Notes under the pieces: model-generated
What the model was told of the DNA's origin: nothing
The model's database searches: none
What the model saw: only the letters and a program-made list of their open reading frames with translations
NCBI GenBank assembly: GCA_966250485.1
Contig: CBINHN010000004.1
Location: 99,726-163,725, forward strand
Origin: an uncultured Sorangium sp.
GTDB lineage: Bacteria > Myxococcota_A > Polyangia > Polyangiales > Polyangiaceae
DNA length: 64,000 nt
Reading direction: 5' to 3'
Shown here: positions 19,956 to 29,500 of the stretch, piece by piece
Position numbering within the stretch: position 1 is the first letter of the stretch
Layout: each line of letters starts with the position of its first letter
Translations under genes and position numbers: made by a program

Positions 19956-22900
19956 TCAGGCGTTCAGCAGCGCCGTGAGCGCATCTTGTTCCGAGAGGTT
20001 TGCGACCGACTCCAGCGCGCCACGAAGCGCAGCGGCATCTTCCAGCCGGGCTGCTTCCGCGCGCTCGGGCGGCGCCGTGCGCGGCGCTGTCGTCTCTGCA
20101 AGCTCCAGCCCCAGACGTCCCGCCAGGCTCGCGGCGAGCAGCGCTACGCTGGGGTGCGCCCAGACGAGCGTCGCCGGTAAAGTCAGCCCGAGGCTCGCCT
20201 CGATGCGATTGCGCAGCTCGAGCGCCATCAGCGAATCGAGCCCCAAGCTCGCGAACGGCGTGTCGCGCTCCACGCGGCCGCGCGCAAGGCGAAGCACCTG
20301 CGAGAGCTGAGCGATGAGGTGGCTCTCCAGTAACCCGCGGCGCGCCCCCGGCGCCGCCGCGCGCAGCGTCTTTTCGAACGCCGGCTCGACGACCGCCGCG
20401 CCCTCCGCCTGCTCCGGTAGCGCCGCGAAGATCGGGAGCTGCGCCGACTTCGGATAAAACTGCCGCCATTGTCGCAAGTTCAGCGGCAGCACGCCGAGCT
20501 GCGCAGCGCCGTGATCGAGCGCCCGCTCGAGAGCCTCTAAACCCTGCTCTGGAGTGATGCTGGCGAGCCCGCGATAGGCGAGCCGCTCGCCACGCCGCGC
20601 GCTGGCGGCGGCGAGGCCCACCTCGGCCCAGGGTCCCCAGTTGATGCTGAGCCCCGGTAGTCCCAGCCGCTGACGGTGATGAGCGAGCGCATCGAGAAAG
20701 GCGTTGGCTGCAGCATAGTTGGCCTGACCCGGTGAGCCCAATAGCGAGGCGCCCGATGAGAACAGGACGAACCAGTCGAGCGGGTCCTGCTGCGTCGCGA
20801 CGTGCAGGTTCCACGCGCCGTCGATTTTCGGGGTCATGACCTTGGAGAGCCGCTCCTCTCCTTGTTCCAGCAAAGTGGCGTCATCCAAAACCACGGCGCA
20901 GTGAAAGATGGCGCGCAGTGGCGGCAGCTCGCGACGAACGAGGCTCAGAGCGCGCTCGAGCTCGGCGCCGTTCGCTACGTCCACCATCAGCGTGCGCACG
21001 TCCGCTCCGCGCGCGCGCAGCGCTTCTACGCTGGCGCGCTGCTCGGCGTTCGGTTCGCGCCGGCCCAGCAACACTAGGCTGCGTGCTCCGCGCTCGACCA
21101 GCCAACCCGCTAGCGTGAGACCGAGCCCGCCCAGCCCGCCGCTCACGAGGTAGCTGCCGTCGGCGCACACCCGAACGCCGGCTTTGGCAGCAGCGAGCGA
21201 AGTGGTGCGGCGCTCGGCGAACGAGAGCACGACCTTTCCGATGTGCTTGGCTTGGGCCATGAAATGCAGCGCGTCCGCCGCTCGTTCGACGGGGAACACC
21301 CGTGTCGGCAGCGGCGCGAGTTGCGCCTCCGCGAGCCGACCGACGACCTCGCTCAACGCTTCGCGCAGCAGCGCGGGGCGCTCCCGCGCGACGGCCAAAA
21401 GGTCCACGAGCGTGAAGCTCAGGTTCCTGAGGAACGGGCGTAGACCGAGCGATCGATCTTCGTAGTAGTCGCGCTTGCCGATCTCGACGAACCGGCCATA
21501 GCTGCGCAATAGCGCGAGGCTCGCCGCGATGAACGGACCGGAGAGCGAGTTTAGTACAACGTCGACACCCTCGCCTCGACTCTCGGCCAAGACCTCGTCC
21601 GCGAAATCGAGCGAGCGCGAGCTCACGACGTGCGCCACGCCGCGTTCGCGTAAAAACGCTCGCTTCTCTTCGCTGCCCGCGCTCGCGAAAACTTCCGCGC
21701 CGATGATCTGCGCCAACGCCACGGCCGCTAGCCCCACGCCGCCAGTCGCAGCGTGAATCAGCACGCGCTCGCCCGCGGCTAGGCGCGCTACGCGATGCAA
21801 CGCATGATACGCGGTGGTGAAGGCGATCGGCACGCCGGCTGCCTCGAGCAGCGAGAGGCGCGCCGGCTTGCGCACCACGAGCTGGGCGCTGGCGATGACG
21901 TGCGTCGAGAACGCAGCCGGCGCGATGGCCATGACCTCGTCGCCCAGCGAGAGCTCGCTCACTCCGGCACCCAAAGCGACGATCCGGCCAGCGCACTCGC
22001 CGCCCAACGCGATCGGCTTCTGCTCGGACGGCCCCGACGGATCGGGGATCGCACCGAGCGCGACGAGCACGTCGACGAAGTTCAGGCCTGCGGCCTCGAC
22101 CTCGATCTCGACCTCCCCGGCAGCCGGTGACCGGCGTTCGATGGCCGAACAGACCAGGCCTTCCAGCGTGCCCGGTCGCTCCAGCGTCACGCGGAATGGT
22201 GCGTCGCCCGCGCTCGCGGGCGCGCGCGCCGGACGTTCCGCCGGGCGAGCCAGACGCGCCACGTAGCGGCGCTCATCGCGCAGCGCGACTTGGTCCTCGG
22301 GGCTCGACTCGAGCAGCTCGCGGCAGAGGGCGGAGAGCTCCCTCTGCGGCTCGGCGCTGAGATCGATACGTGCGCAAGCGAGCTCGGGATGCTCGAGCGC
22401 CACCGTTCGACCGAGACCCCACAATGGCGCCTGAGCGAGGGCAAGCGGCGCGGAGTCCGTAGCGATCGGCTGAGCGCCAGCTGTCACCAGCCACAGTCGA
22501 GGCGGCTCGGCGCTGTTGCGCACTAGCGCCTGAACCAACTGGACGGCGCTCCGCATCGCGCCGAGCTGCAGCCGCGTCGGTGCGGCGTCGGGCGCCAAGG
22601 CAGCGCCGAGATCGATGCTCGGCAGGTGAACGACACCGCGAAACGCGCGGCCCTGCACGACCCGGCGCAGCTCCGCCGCGTTATCGCTCGCGTCGCTGGC
22701 CGCGAGCTCGACACGAACCACTCGGGCGCCGTTGGACTCGAGCTGTTCCGCGAGCTGCGTGCCCAAGCCACCCCGATCCAGCAGCACGAGCCAGTCGCCG
22801 GCCGCGCTCTGCTCGGGGGCGCTCAGCTGCAGCGCCTGCGGCTGCCAAGCGAGCTCGTAGAACCAACCGCTCACCACGTCGCGCTGAGCCGTGGCTGCCG

Positions 22901-25900
22901 ACTCTAGTCGGCGCGTGCGCAGCCCAGAGACCTCAGCGACGCGCTCGCCCGCTGCGTTCAGGAGCCGGATGTCGCAACGGACCTCGTCCGATCGCTGCTC
23001 GTCGGCCACGAGCGTGACATGGCTGAACAGCTCACGCCCCGGAGTTTTCAGCAGCTCGAAGCGGTCGAACCCGACGGGCACCCAGGTGTCACTGGCCCCG
23101 ACGCCGTCTCGCGAGCGAGCGGCGCTGAGAGCTTGAAAGCACGCGTCGAGCAGCGCGGGATGGATCGCGTGGACGAGCGCGTCCGACGCGGCGTCAGGCA
23201 GCGCCGCCTCCGCCAGGGCCTCCCCATCACGCCGCAACAGCGTCCGAACTCCCTTGAATGCCGGGCCGTAATCGACGCCGTGCTCAGCGAGAAAGGCGTA
23301 GTGCTGCTCGGGCGTCAGCGAGTCGTGCAAGCGCGTTCGCACTCGATCGAGCGCTTCCGGCGCCTCACGCGTCGCAGCGCCCGTCCGGATGCGTCCGGTC
23401 ACGTGCTCGGTCCAAGCGCCGCTCTGCGCGCCGTCGCCGAGCCGTCGGCTGCAGATGCGGAAGCTCGCAGCGCCGCCGCCTTCTACGGCGACCACACATT
23501 GCAAATGCATCCGCGCTCCAGCGTCGAGCGCCAGGAGCCGTTGGAACGCCACGCGTTCGAGGCGCAGCTCGGACGCCGCGAGCGCCCGACGACCCGCCGC
23601 GAGCGCCATGTCGATGTACGCGGCTGCCGGCAGCACGAACGCGCCGCCGACGCGATGGTCGCGCACGATGTCGAGCTTCGTCGCGTCGATGGCGCTTTGC
23701 CAGACGACGGTGTCCCGCGCCGTCGCAGGCTCCACACGCAGACCGAGCAGCGGATGTTCTTCGCTCTCGGCGTGCGACGAGGTCTCGCCGGCCGGAATCC
23801 GCGGCGGCGAGGCTTCGAATGCCGAGTAGTCTTCGCGCTGCCAGGGGTAGGTCGGCAGCCGAAGCGGCTGGCGTTCCCCGGGCACCGGCGCCAAGAGCGC
23901 GAGCCAATCCGGCCTCACGCCGAGGCTGTACAGCGCGCCCATCGCCACGAGCAGCGTCTCGCGTTCAGGCTCTTCACGGCGCAGCGACGCTACCGCGCGC
24001 GCGTGCGAATTGCATTCACTCGCGCCTTGCTCGATCGCGGGCAGCAAGATCGGATGCGGGCTCACCTCGACGAACACTTCGTGGCCCTCTTCGAGCAGCC
24101 GGCGCACCGCGCTAGCGAGCAGCACCGGCGCGCGCAGGTTGCGCACCCAGTACTCGGCATCCAAGCTCGCGCCTTGCGCCAACTCGGCGCTCACCGTGGA
24201 AAACATCGGGAGTTCGCAAGACCGGGGCGTGACGGACGAGAGCTCGGCCAGCAGCTCGGCGCGCAGAGGGTCGACCTGCGGGCTGTGAGATGCGACGTCC
24301 ACCTTGATCCAGCGGCAGAATACCTCGTGCTGCTCGAGCGCTCGCACGACGTCGCTGAGCGCCTCGCGATCACCCGAGAGTACCGTCGACCGCGCGCTGT
24401 TGCTCACAGCGACGGAGATCCGATGTTCCAGACCGCTGATGGCTCGTTGCGCGGCGTCCAGGCCGAGATCGACCAGCACCATCGCGCCTTGACCACTGAT
24501 GCGCCGCAGCAGCCGGCTGCGCACACAAATGATGCGCGCCGCGTCCTGCAACGTGAGCGCCCCAGCTGCGTGCGCCGCCGCGACCTCGCCCATGCTATGA
24601 CCGACGACGACGTCCGGACGAACGCCCCACCTGCTCCAGAGCTCCGTCAGCGCGACTTGGATCGCGAACAGACAGGGCTGGATGAAGTCGATTTGCTCGA
24701 AGCGTGCGCTGGCCGGGTGGGACAGCTCCTCGAGCAAGGACCAGCTGACGTACGGTCGAAACGCGCGCTCGCAGCGCTCGAGCGCCTCGCGAAAGCTGGG
24801 CTCGTCTGCGGCGAGCTCGCGCGCCATCCCGAGCCACTGCGAGCCTTGACCGGGATAGACGAACACCACCTTCGGTCGTCGGTCGCGGGCGCAGGCGACG
24901 CGAAGGCGGGCGTGCGACTCGCCGGCGACGTGCGCGTTCAACGCCTGCGCGAGCTCGAGCGCGCTGGTGCCCACCGCGGCGAGCCGATGGTCGTGATGCG
25001 TGCGCCGCGTGGCCGCGGTAAAACACAGATCCGCAAGCGGTAGCGCGCCGTCCGCCTGCAACAACTCGGCGAATTGTCGGGCCCGCGCGACGAGGCCGGA
25101 CTCGCTGGCCGCCGACAGCGGCAGCAAGTACGCGGGCGGCCGCTCGAGCTTCCTGTCGACCGGAACCCGCGCCGTCTGCCCTGCTGGCCGCGCTGGCGCG
25201 GGCGCCTCTTGCAGCACGACGTGCGCGTTGGTGCCGGACCACCCGAACGAGCTGACGCCCGCGAAGCGGGGCTTGCCGTTCGCCGGCCACGGCAGCGGCG
25301 TGGTCGGGATCACGAAGCGCGTATCGTCGAGACGAATATGGGGATTTAGAGTCTCGAAGTTGACATTCGGGGGGATCACTTCGTGATGGAGCGCGAGGAT
25401 CGCCTTGATCAATCCCGCGACGCCCGCCGCGCCCTCGAGGTGTCCGATGTTGCTCTTCACTGCGCCCAGCGCGCAGCGCGCGTCGCCCTCTGCGCCCAAC
25501 ACCCGCGTGAGCGCCTCGACCTCCATGGGATCTCCGAGGACAGTGCCCGTGCCGTGCGTCTCGACGAACCCGATCTCCGCCGGCGCGACGCCCGCGCGCC
25601 GCAACGCTTCACGCAAAACGGCTTCCTGCGCCTGCACGTTGGGCGCCGTCAGCCCGGCAGAAGTGCCGTCTTGGTTCACGGCCGAGCCGCGGATCAGTGC
25701 CCAGATCGCGTCACGGTCGCGCAGGGCGTCCGAGAGCCGCTTCAAGATCAGGACTCCGCAGCCTTCCCCGGTGACGACGCCATCGGCACGGGCGTCGAAC
25801 ACGCGACAGGCGCCGCTCCCCGAGCCCGTTCCCATGCGCGAGGTGGCGAGGAAGAACGCTGGCGAGAGCCGCAGGTTCACGCCTCCGGCGATCGCGAGCT

Positions 25901-26579
25901 CACTCTCTTTCGCGCGTAGGCTCGCGCAGGCCAGGTGCGCGGCGACGAGAGACGCCGAGCAGGCCGTGTCCACCGCCACGCTCGGACCGCGCAGATCGAA
26001 GCAATAAGAGATGCGCCCAGCCAGGACGCTGTGGGCGGTACCGGTCCCGGAGTAAGCGTCGAGCGAGCTCGGATCCGAGACCTGCATCAAGAAATAGTCG
26101 CTGCTTTGGCTGTGCACACCCGCGAACACGGCCGTGCGGCTCCCAGACAGTGACTCCGCGGGCAGCCCGGCGTCCTCGAGCGCTTCCCAGGTCACCTCCA
26201 GCATCAATCGCTGCTGCGGGTCCATGCAGGCCGCTTCACGCGGCGAGATACCGAAGAAGGTCGGGTCGAAGGCGGAGCAGCGCTCGAGAAATCCGCCGCG
26301 CACTCGCGTCGGCCCGAGCGGCTGGATGCGCCGCAAGGTCGCCTCGAAGTGCGCAAGATCCCAGCGATCCGCCGGCAAATCACGGACTGCGTCGCGGCCG
26401 TCGTGGAGCAAACTCCAAAACTCATCCGGGCCCTCCCCCCCGCCGGGCATGCGGCATCCCAGACCAATTACGGCGATCGGCTCGCCTTGGCTCGCGTCGA
26501 GCTCGGCCCTGAGCTGCTTCAACTCTACGAATGCGCGCTGCAACAGCGCGCGCTGATCCGGCTTTTCCTGCGTCGTCAT
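19956..26579 (-). CDS. Type I PKS, one fully reducing module: KS-AT-DH-ER-KR-ACP
   Basis: Track ORF. The ATG at 26579 overlaps the upstream stop (ATGA). N-terminus: MTTQEKPDQRALLQRAFVELKQLRAELDAS. Motifs: KS VDTACSAS, ETHGTGT, NIGHLEGAAG; AT GHSMGE plus VDVASHS; DH HPLLGLRV, VRDHRVGGAFVLPAAAY, VDYGPAF, HPALLDACFQ; ER LIHAATGGVGLAAVALAQ; [16 protein letters not shown]; ACP LGLDSLMALE. Approximate nt spans: KS 25206-26483, AT 23910-24869, DH 22890-23756, ER 21219-22196, KR 20625-21158, ACP 20115-20342. Confidence 0.95.
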   Translation of the reverse strand: MTTQEKPDQRALLQRAFVELKQLRAELDASQGEPIAVIGLGCRMPGGGEGPDEFWSLLHDGRDAVRDLPADRWDLAHFEATLRRIQPLGPTRVRGGFLERCSAFDPTFFGISPREAACMDPQQRLMLEVTWEALEDAGLPAESLSGSRTAVFAGVHSQSSDYFLMQVSDPSSLDAYSGTGTAHSVLAGRISYCFDLRGPSVAVDTACSASLVAAHLACASLRAKESELAIAGGVNLRLSPAFFLATSRMGTGSGSGACRVFDARADGVVTGEGCGVLILKRLSDALRDRDAIWALIRGSAVNQDGTSAGLTAPNVQAQEAVLREALRRAGVAPAEIGFVETHGTGTVLGDPMEVEALTRVLGAEGDARCALGAVKSNIGHLEGAAGVAGLIKAILALHHEVIPPNVNFETLNPHIRLDDTRFVIPTTPLPWPANGKPRFAGVSSFGWSGTNAHVVLQEAPAPARPAGQTARVPVDRKLERPPAYLLPLSAASESGLVARARQFAELLQADGALPLADLCFTAATRRTHHDHRLAAVGTSALELAQALNAHVAGESHARLRVACARDRRPKVVFVYPGQGSQWLGMARELAADEPSFREALERCERAFRPYVSWSLLEELSHPASARFEQIDFIQPCLFAIQVALTELWSRWGVRPDVVVGHSMGEVAAAHAAGALTLQDAARIICVRSRLLRRISGQGAMVLVDLGLDAAQRAISGLEHRISVAVSNSARSTVLSGDREALSDVVRALEQHEVFCRWIKVDVASHSPQVDPLRAELLAELSSVTPRSCELPMFSTVSAELAQGASLDAEYWVRNLRAPVLLASAVRRLLEEGHEVFVEVSPHPILLPAIEQGASECNSHARAVASLRREEPERETLLVAMGALYSLGVRPDWLALLAPVPGERQPLRLPTYPWQREDYSAFEASPPRIPAGETSSHAESEEHPLLGLRVEPATARDTVVWQSAIDATKLDIVRDHRVGGAFVLPAAAYIDMALAAGRRALAASELRLERVAFQRLLALDAGARMHLQCVVAVEGGGAASFRICSRRLGDGAQSGAWTEHVTGRIRTGAATREAPEALDRVRTRLHDSLTPEQHYAFLAEHGVDYGPAFKGVRTLLRRDGEALAEAALPDAASDALVHAIHPALLDACFQALSAARSRDGVGASDTWVPVGFDRFELLKTPGRELFSHVTLVADEQRSDEVRCDIRLLNAAGERVAEVSGLRTRRLESAATAQRDVVSGWFYELAWQPQALQLSAPEQSAAGDWLVLLDRGGLGTQLAEQLESNGARVVRVELAASDASDNAAELRRVVQGRAFRGVVHLPSIDLGAALAPDAAPTRLQLGAMRSAVQLVQALVRNSAEPPRLWLVTAGAQPIATDSAPLALAQAPLWGLGRTVALEHPELACARIDLSAEPQRELSALCRELLESSPEDQVALRDERRYVARLARPAERPARAPASAGDAPFRVTLERPGTLEGLVCSAIERRSPAAGEVEIEVEAAGLNFVDVLVALGAIPDPSGPSEQKPIALGGECAGRIVALGAGVSELSLGDEVMAIAPAAFSTHVIASAQLVVRKPARLSLLEAAGVPIAFTTAYHALHRVARLAAGERVLIHAATGGVGLAAVALAQIIGAEVFASAGSEEKRAFLRERGVAHVVSSRSLDFADEVLAESRGEGVDVVLNSLSGPFIAASLALLRSYGRFVEIGKRDYYEDRSLGLRPFLRNLSFTLVDLLAVARERPALLREALSEVVGRLAEAQLAPLPTRVFPVERAADALHFMAQAKHIGKVVLSFAERRTTSLAAAKAGVRVCADGSYLVSGGLGGLGLTLAGWLVERGARSLVLLGRREPNAEQRASVEALRARGADVRTLMVDVANGAELERALSLVRRELPPLRAIFHCAVVLDDATLLEQGEERLSKVMTPKIDGAWNLHVATQQDPLDWFVLFSSGASLLGSPGQANYAAANAFLDALAHHRQRLGLPGLSINWGPWAEVGLAAASARRGERLAYRGLASITPEQGLEALERALDHGAAQLGVLPLNLRQWRQFYPKSAQLPIFAALPEQAEGAAVVEPAFEKTLRAAAPGARRGLLESHLIAQLSQVLRLARGRVERDTPFASLGLDSLMALELRNRIEASLGLTLPATLVWAHPSVALLAASLAGRLGLELAETTAPRTAPPERAEAARLEDAAALRGALESVANLSEQDALTALLNA

Positions 26580-29500
26580 ACTCGCCTGCGATCCTCGAGC
26601 TGCTTCAGCTCGTCAGCCAGCAACAGCGCCAAGTCGGCTTCCGACAGCGCGCCGAGCTCGAGCTCGGCGGGCGCCGGCGATACCGAAGCGAGCTCGGCGC
26701 GCTCGGACACCTGCAACAGTCCAAGTTCGTTGGCGAGATGCGTGGCGAGCTGCGCGACCGTGGGGTGAGTCCAGACCACCGTCGCCGGCAACGTCAAACC
26801 CAAGCCGCTCTCCAGGCGATTTCTGAGCTCGAGCGCCATCAACGAGTCGAGCCCCAGGCTGCCGAGGGGTTTCCTGACGTCCAGCCGCGCGCTCGATAGC
26901 CGCAGGACGCGCGCGACCAGCTCTCGCAACCCGCTCTCCAGCGCTTCCAAGCGAGTCGGACCGGCGGGCAACGCCAGGAGCGACGCGCGCCAGGAGCCCG
27001 CTTCGCGCGGAGACCCCTCGCGCGAGTCCTGCGTGTGCGCCACGAGCTCACTCAACAGAGCGCGTGTGGCAGAGCCTTGCGCGGCGAGCCAGCGGCTCGC
27101 GTCGAGCTCCATGACCCCGACCTGCCCCGCTCGAATCGCCAGCAGCTCGAACAGCACGCGTATGCCCTGTTCGGGACGCAGGCTCTTCATGCCGAGTCTG
27201 GTCAAGCGCTCACCGCGGTTCGACTGTGCCGCAGCGAGCCCCACTTCCGCCCAAGGCCCCCAGCTGATGCTGAGCGCCGGCAAGCCGCGCGCGCGGCGCT
27301 GCTGCGCGAAGGCGTCCAGGAAGCGATTCGCTGCGGCGTACGCAGCTTGCGCCTGCGCGCCGAGCCACGCCGCCGTGGACGAGAACAGAACGAAGAAATC
27401 CAGCTCGAGGCCACGGCTCGCCAGCTCCAAATTGCAGACGCCCTCCACCTTCGGCGCGAGCACGCGTTGGAAGCGCTCGCGGCTTTGCTCGAGCAGGATG
27501 CCGTCGTCCAACACGGCAGCCGCATGGAAGATGCCGCGCACCGGCGGCGCCGTGGCGGCCTGCTCCTCGAACAAGGCCTCGATTTCGGCCCGCTGCGTGA
27601 CGTCCGCCCGTCGCACGCGCACGTCCGCGCCAGAGTCTTGCAGCTCGCTGACTACGCGCGCAGCGTCATCGTTCAACCCGCTACGCCCGATCAACGTCAG
27701 GTGACGTGCGCCACGCGCGACGAGCTCCCTCGCAAGGAGTAGGCCGATCGCGCCGCACCCGCCCGTGATCAAATAACTCGCGTCGGCTCGGATCGGCGCT
27801 GCTGCGGCAGCGCTGAGCTCGGCGCGCAACGGCACCACGCGCTCGCCTCGCAGCCCGTCGGCGCGCAGCAGTAGACGCGGTTCCGCTGAACCGCGTGTCA
27901 CCACGTCCCAGACCTGCCGCGCTTCGCCCGTCATCGGCAGCGCCGGCAGGTCGAGCAGCGCGACGCGGAACTCCGGGTGCTCGAGCGCGAGCGTCGCAGC
28001 GATGCCCCACGAGAGCGCGCCCGCGGGGCGCACCGGCTCGTCCGCCATCCCGTACGCCGCGCGCGTGACGATGACGAGACGGACGCTGGCGTCCGCGCGG
28101 TGACGCGCCAGCGCTTGCACGAGGCTCAGCAGGGCGAAGGCTGCGCCGTCGCTCAGCTCTCGCCCCGCTACGCCGCCCGCTAGATCCCACAGAAAGAGAA
28201 CGCCCCGCAGCGGGACGTCGCTGCTTTCGGCGCGCTGCGAGAGCAGTTGCTCGAAGGCCTGCGGAACGTCCGGGTCGAGCTGCCAGCCGCTCGACGTGCG
28301 CTCGAACGACCGCCCAGCGCGTACCATGGCGACCTCGCCAGCAGCGCGCGCCTGCTCGGCGACTTCGGCGGTGAGCGCGTCATCGCCGCCGAACACGAGC
28401 CAGCCGCCGGGCTCCACGCTCGTCGACGACGCCGCAGCAAGCTCGACCCTGCGCCACTCGACCTCGAACAACGAATCGCGTGACGGCGCGCGCGCCGAGA
28501 AGCGCTCCTCGCCCGCGGCCTGAGCTCTCAATCCGCTCAGCTCTGCGAGCACTCTCCCGTCGCTGTCCAGCAGCCGTACGTCGACGAGCGGCACGGATTC
28601 GTCGCTGTCAGCGCGCAGCTCGGCGTGGGCGAACAGCGTGCCGTCGGGCAGCGGCTCCGACCAGCGCAGCCGCTCGAAGGCTACGGGGACCAGCGTGGTC
28701 GCGAAGCGACCGCTCGGGAAGGCCGCCGCCGGCAGCTGCAGCAAGATATCGAGCAAGCTAACCCGAGCTTGCGAAGCGCTCGCGGCGGGCGGACGCCGCA
28801 CTTCGCAGAGAACTTCGCCGTCACGGCGACGCAGCGACGCGACCGTTCGGAAACTATCTCCGAAAAGATAACCCCGGCGGCGCATCGCTTCATAAAACGC
28901 TTCCCCGCTCTGCTCTTCCACGCAGCGCTGACGAACGGCGGCGAGCGCGGCGCTGGCGGAGCGCGGCGCGAGGTCAGCGCGTGAGAGCCTGCCGTCGAAA
29001 TGTTGGCGCCAGCCCTCGCCTGTCGCACCGTCGGCGGGCGCGGAGTACACCCGGGCCTTGGCGCCCGCGGCGTCCGCGCTCTCCAGCACGACGTGCGCTC
29101 GGCGTTCCTCGCCGGCCGCCAAAACGCAGGGCTCGGGAAAGAACGCATCGACGAGCTGCCAGTGTTCTGCTGCAAGCGCCTGCTCTGCGGCGGCCAGCAC
29201 CGCGGCGGCGTGAAAAGCACCCGGAACGACCACGTTGCCGTGCAGTTGGTGGTCGTCCAGGAACGGGGCACGCGTGGAGCTGACGAACGTCTCGAAGATG
29301 CGATCGCGCAGCGGCGTCTCCAAGGCGCGCCCCGGGATCAACTCGCGGCCGTACTCGCGTGCGGGCGCTGCTGGCGCTTCGGCGCTGAGCTCGAGCCAGT
29401 AGCGTTCGCGCGTCCACGGATAGCTCGGCAGAGAAACCGGAGCGCCAGCGGGCGCCAGCTTCGGCCACTCCAAAGGATGACCGAGCGTGAACAGCGCGCC

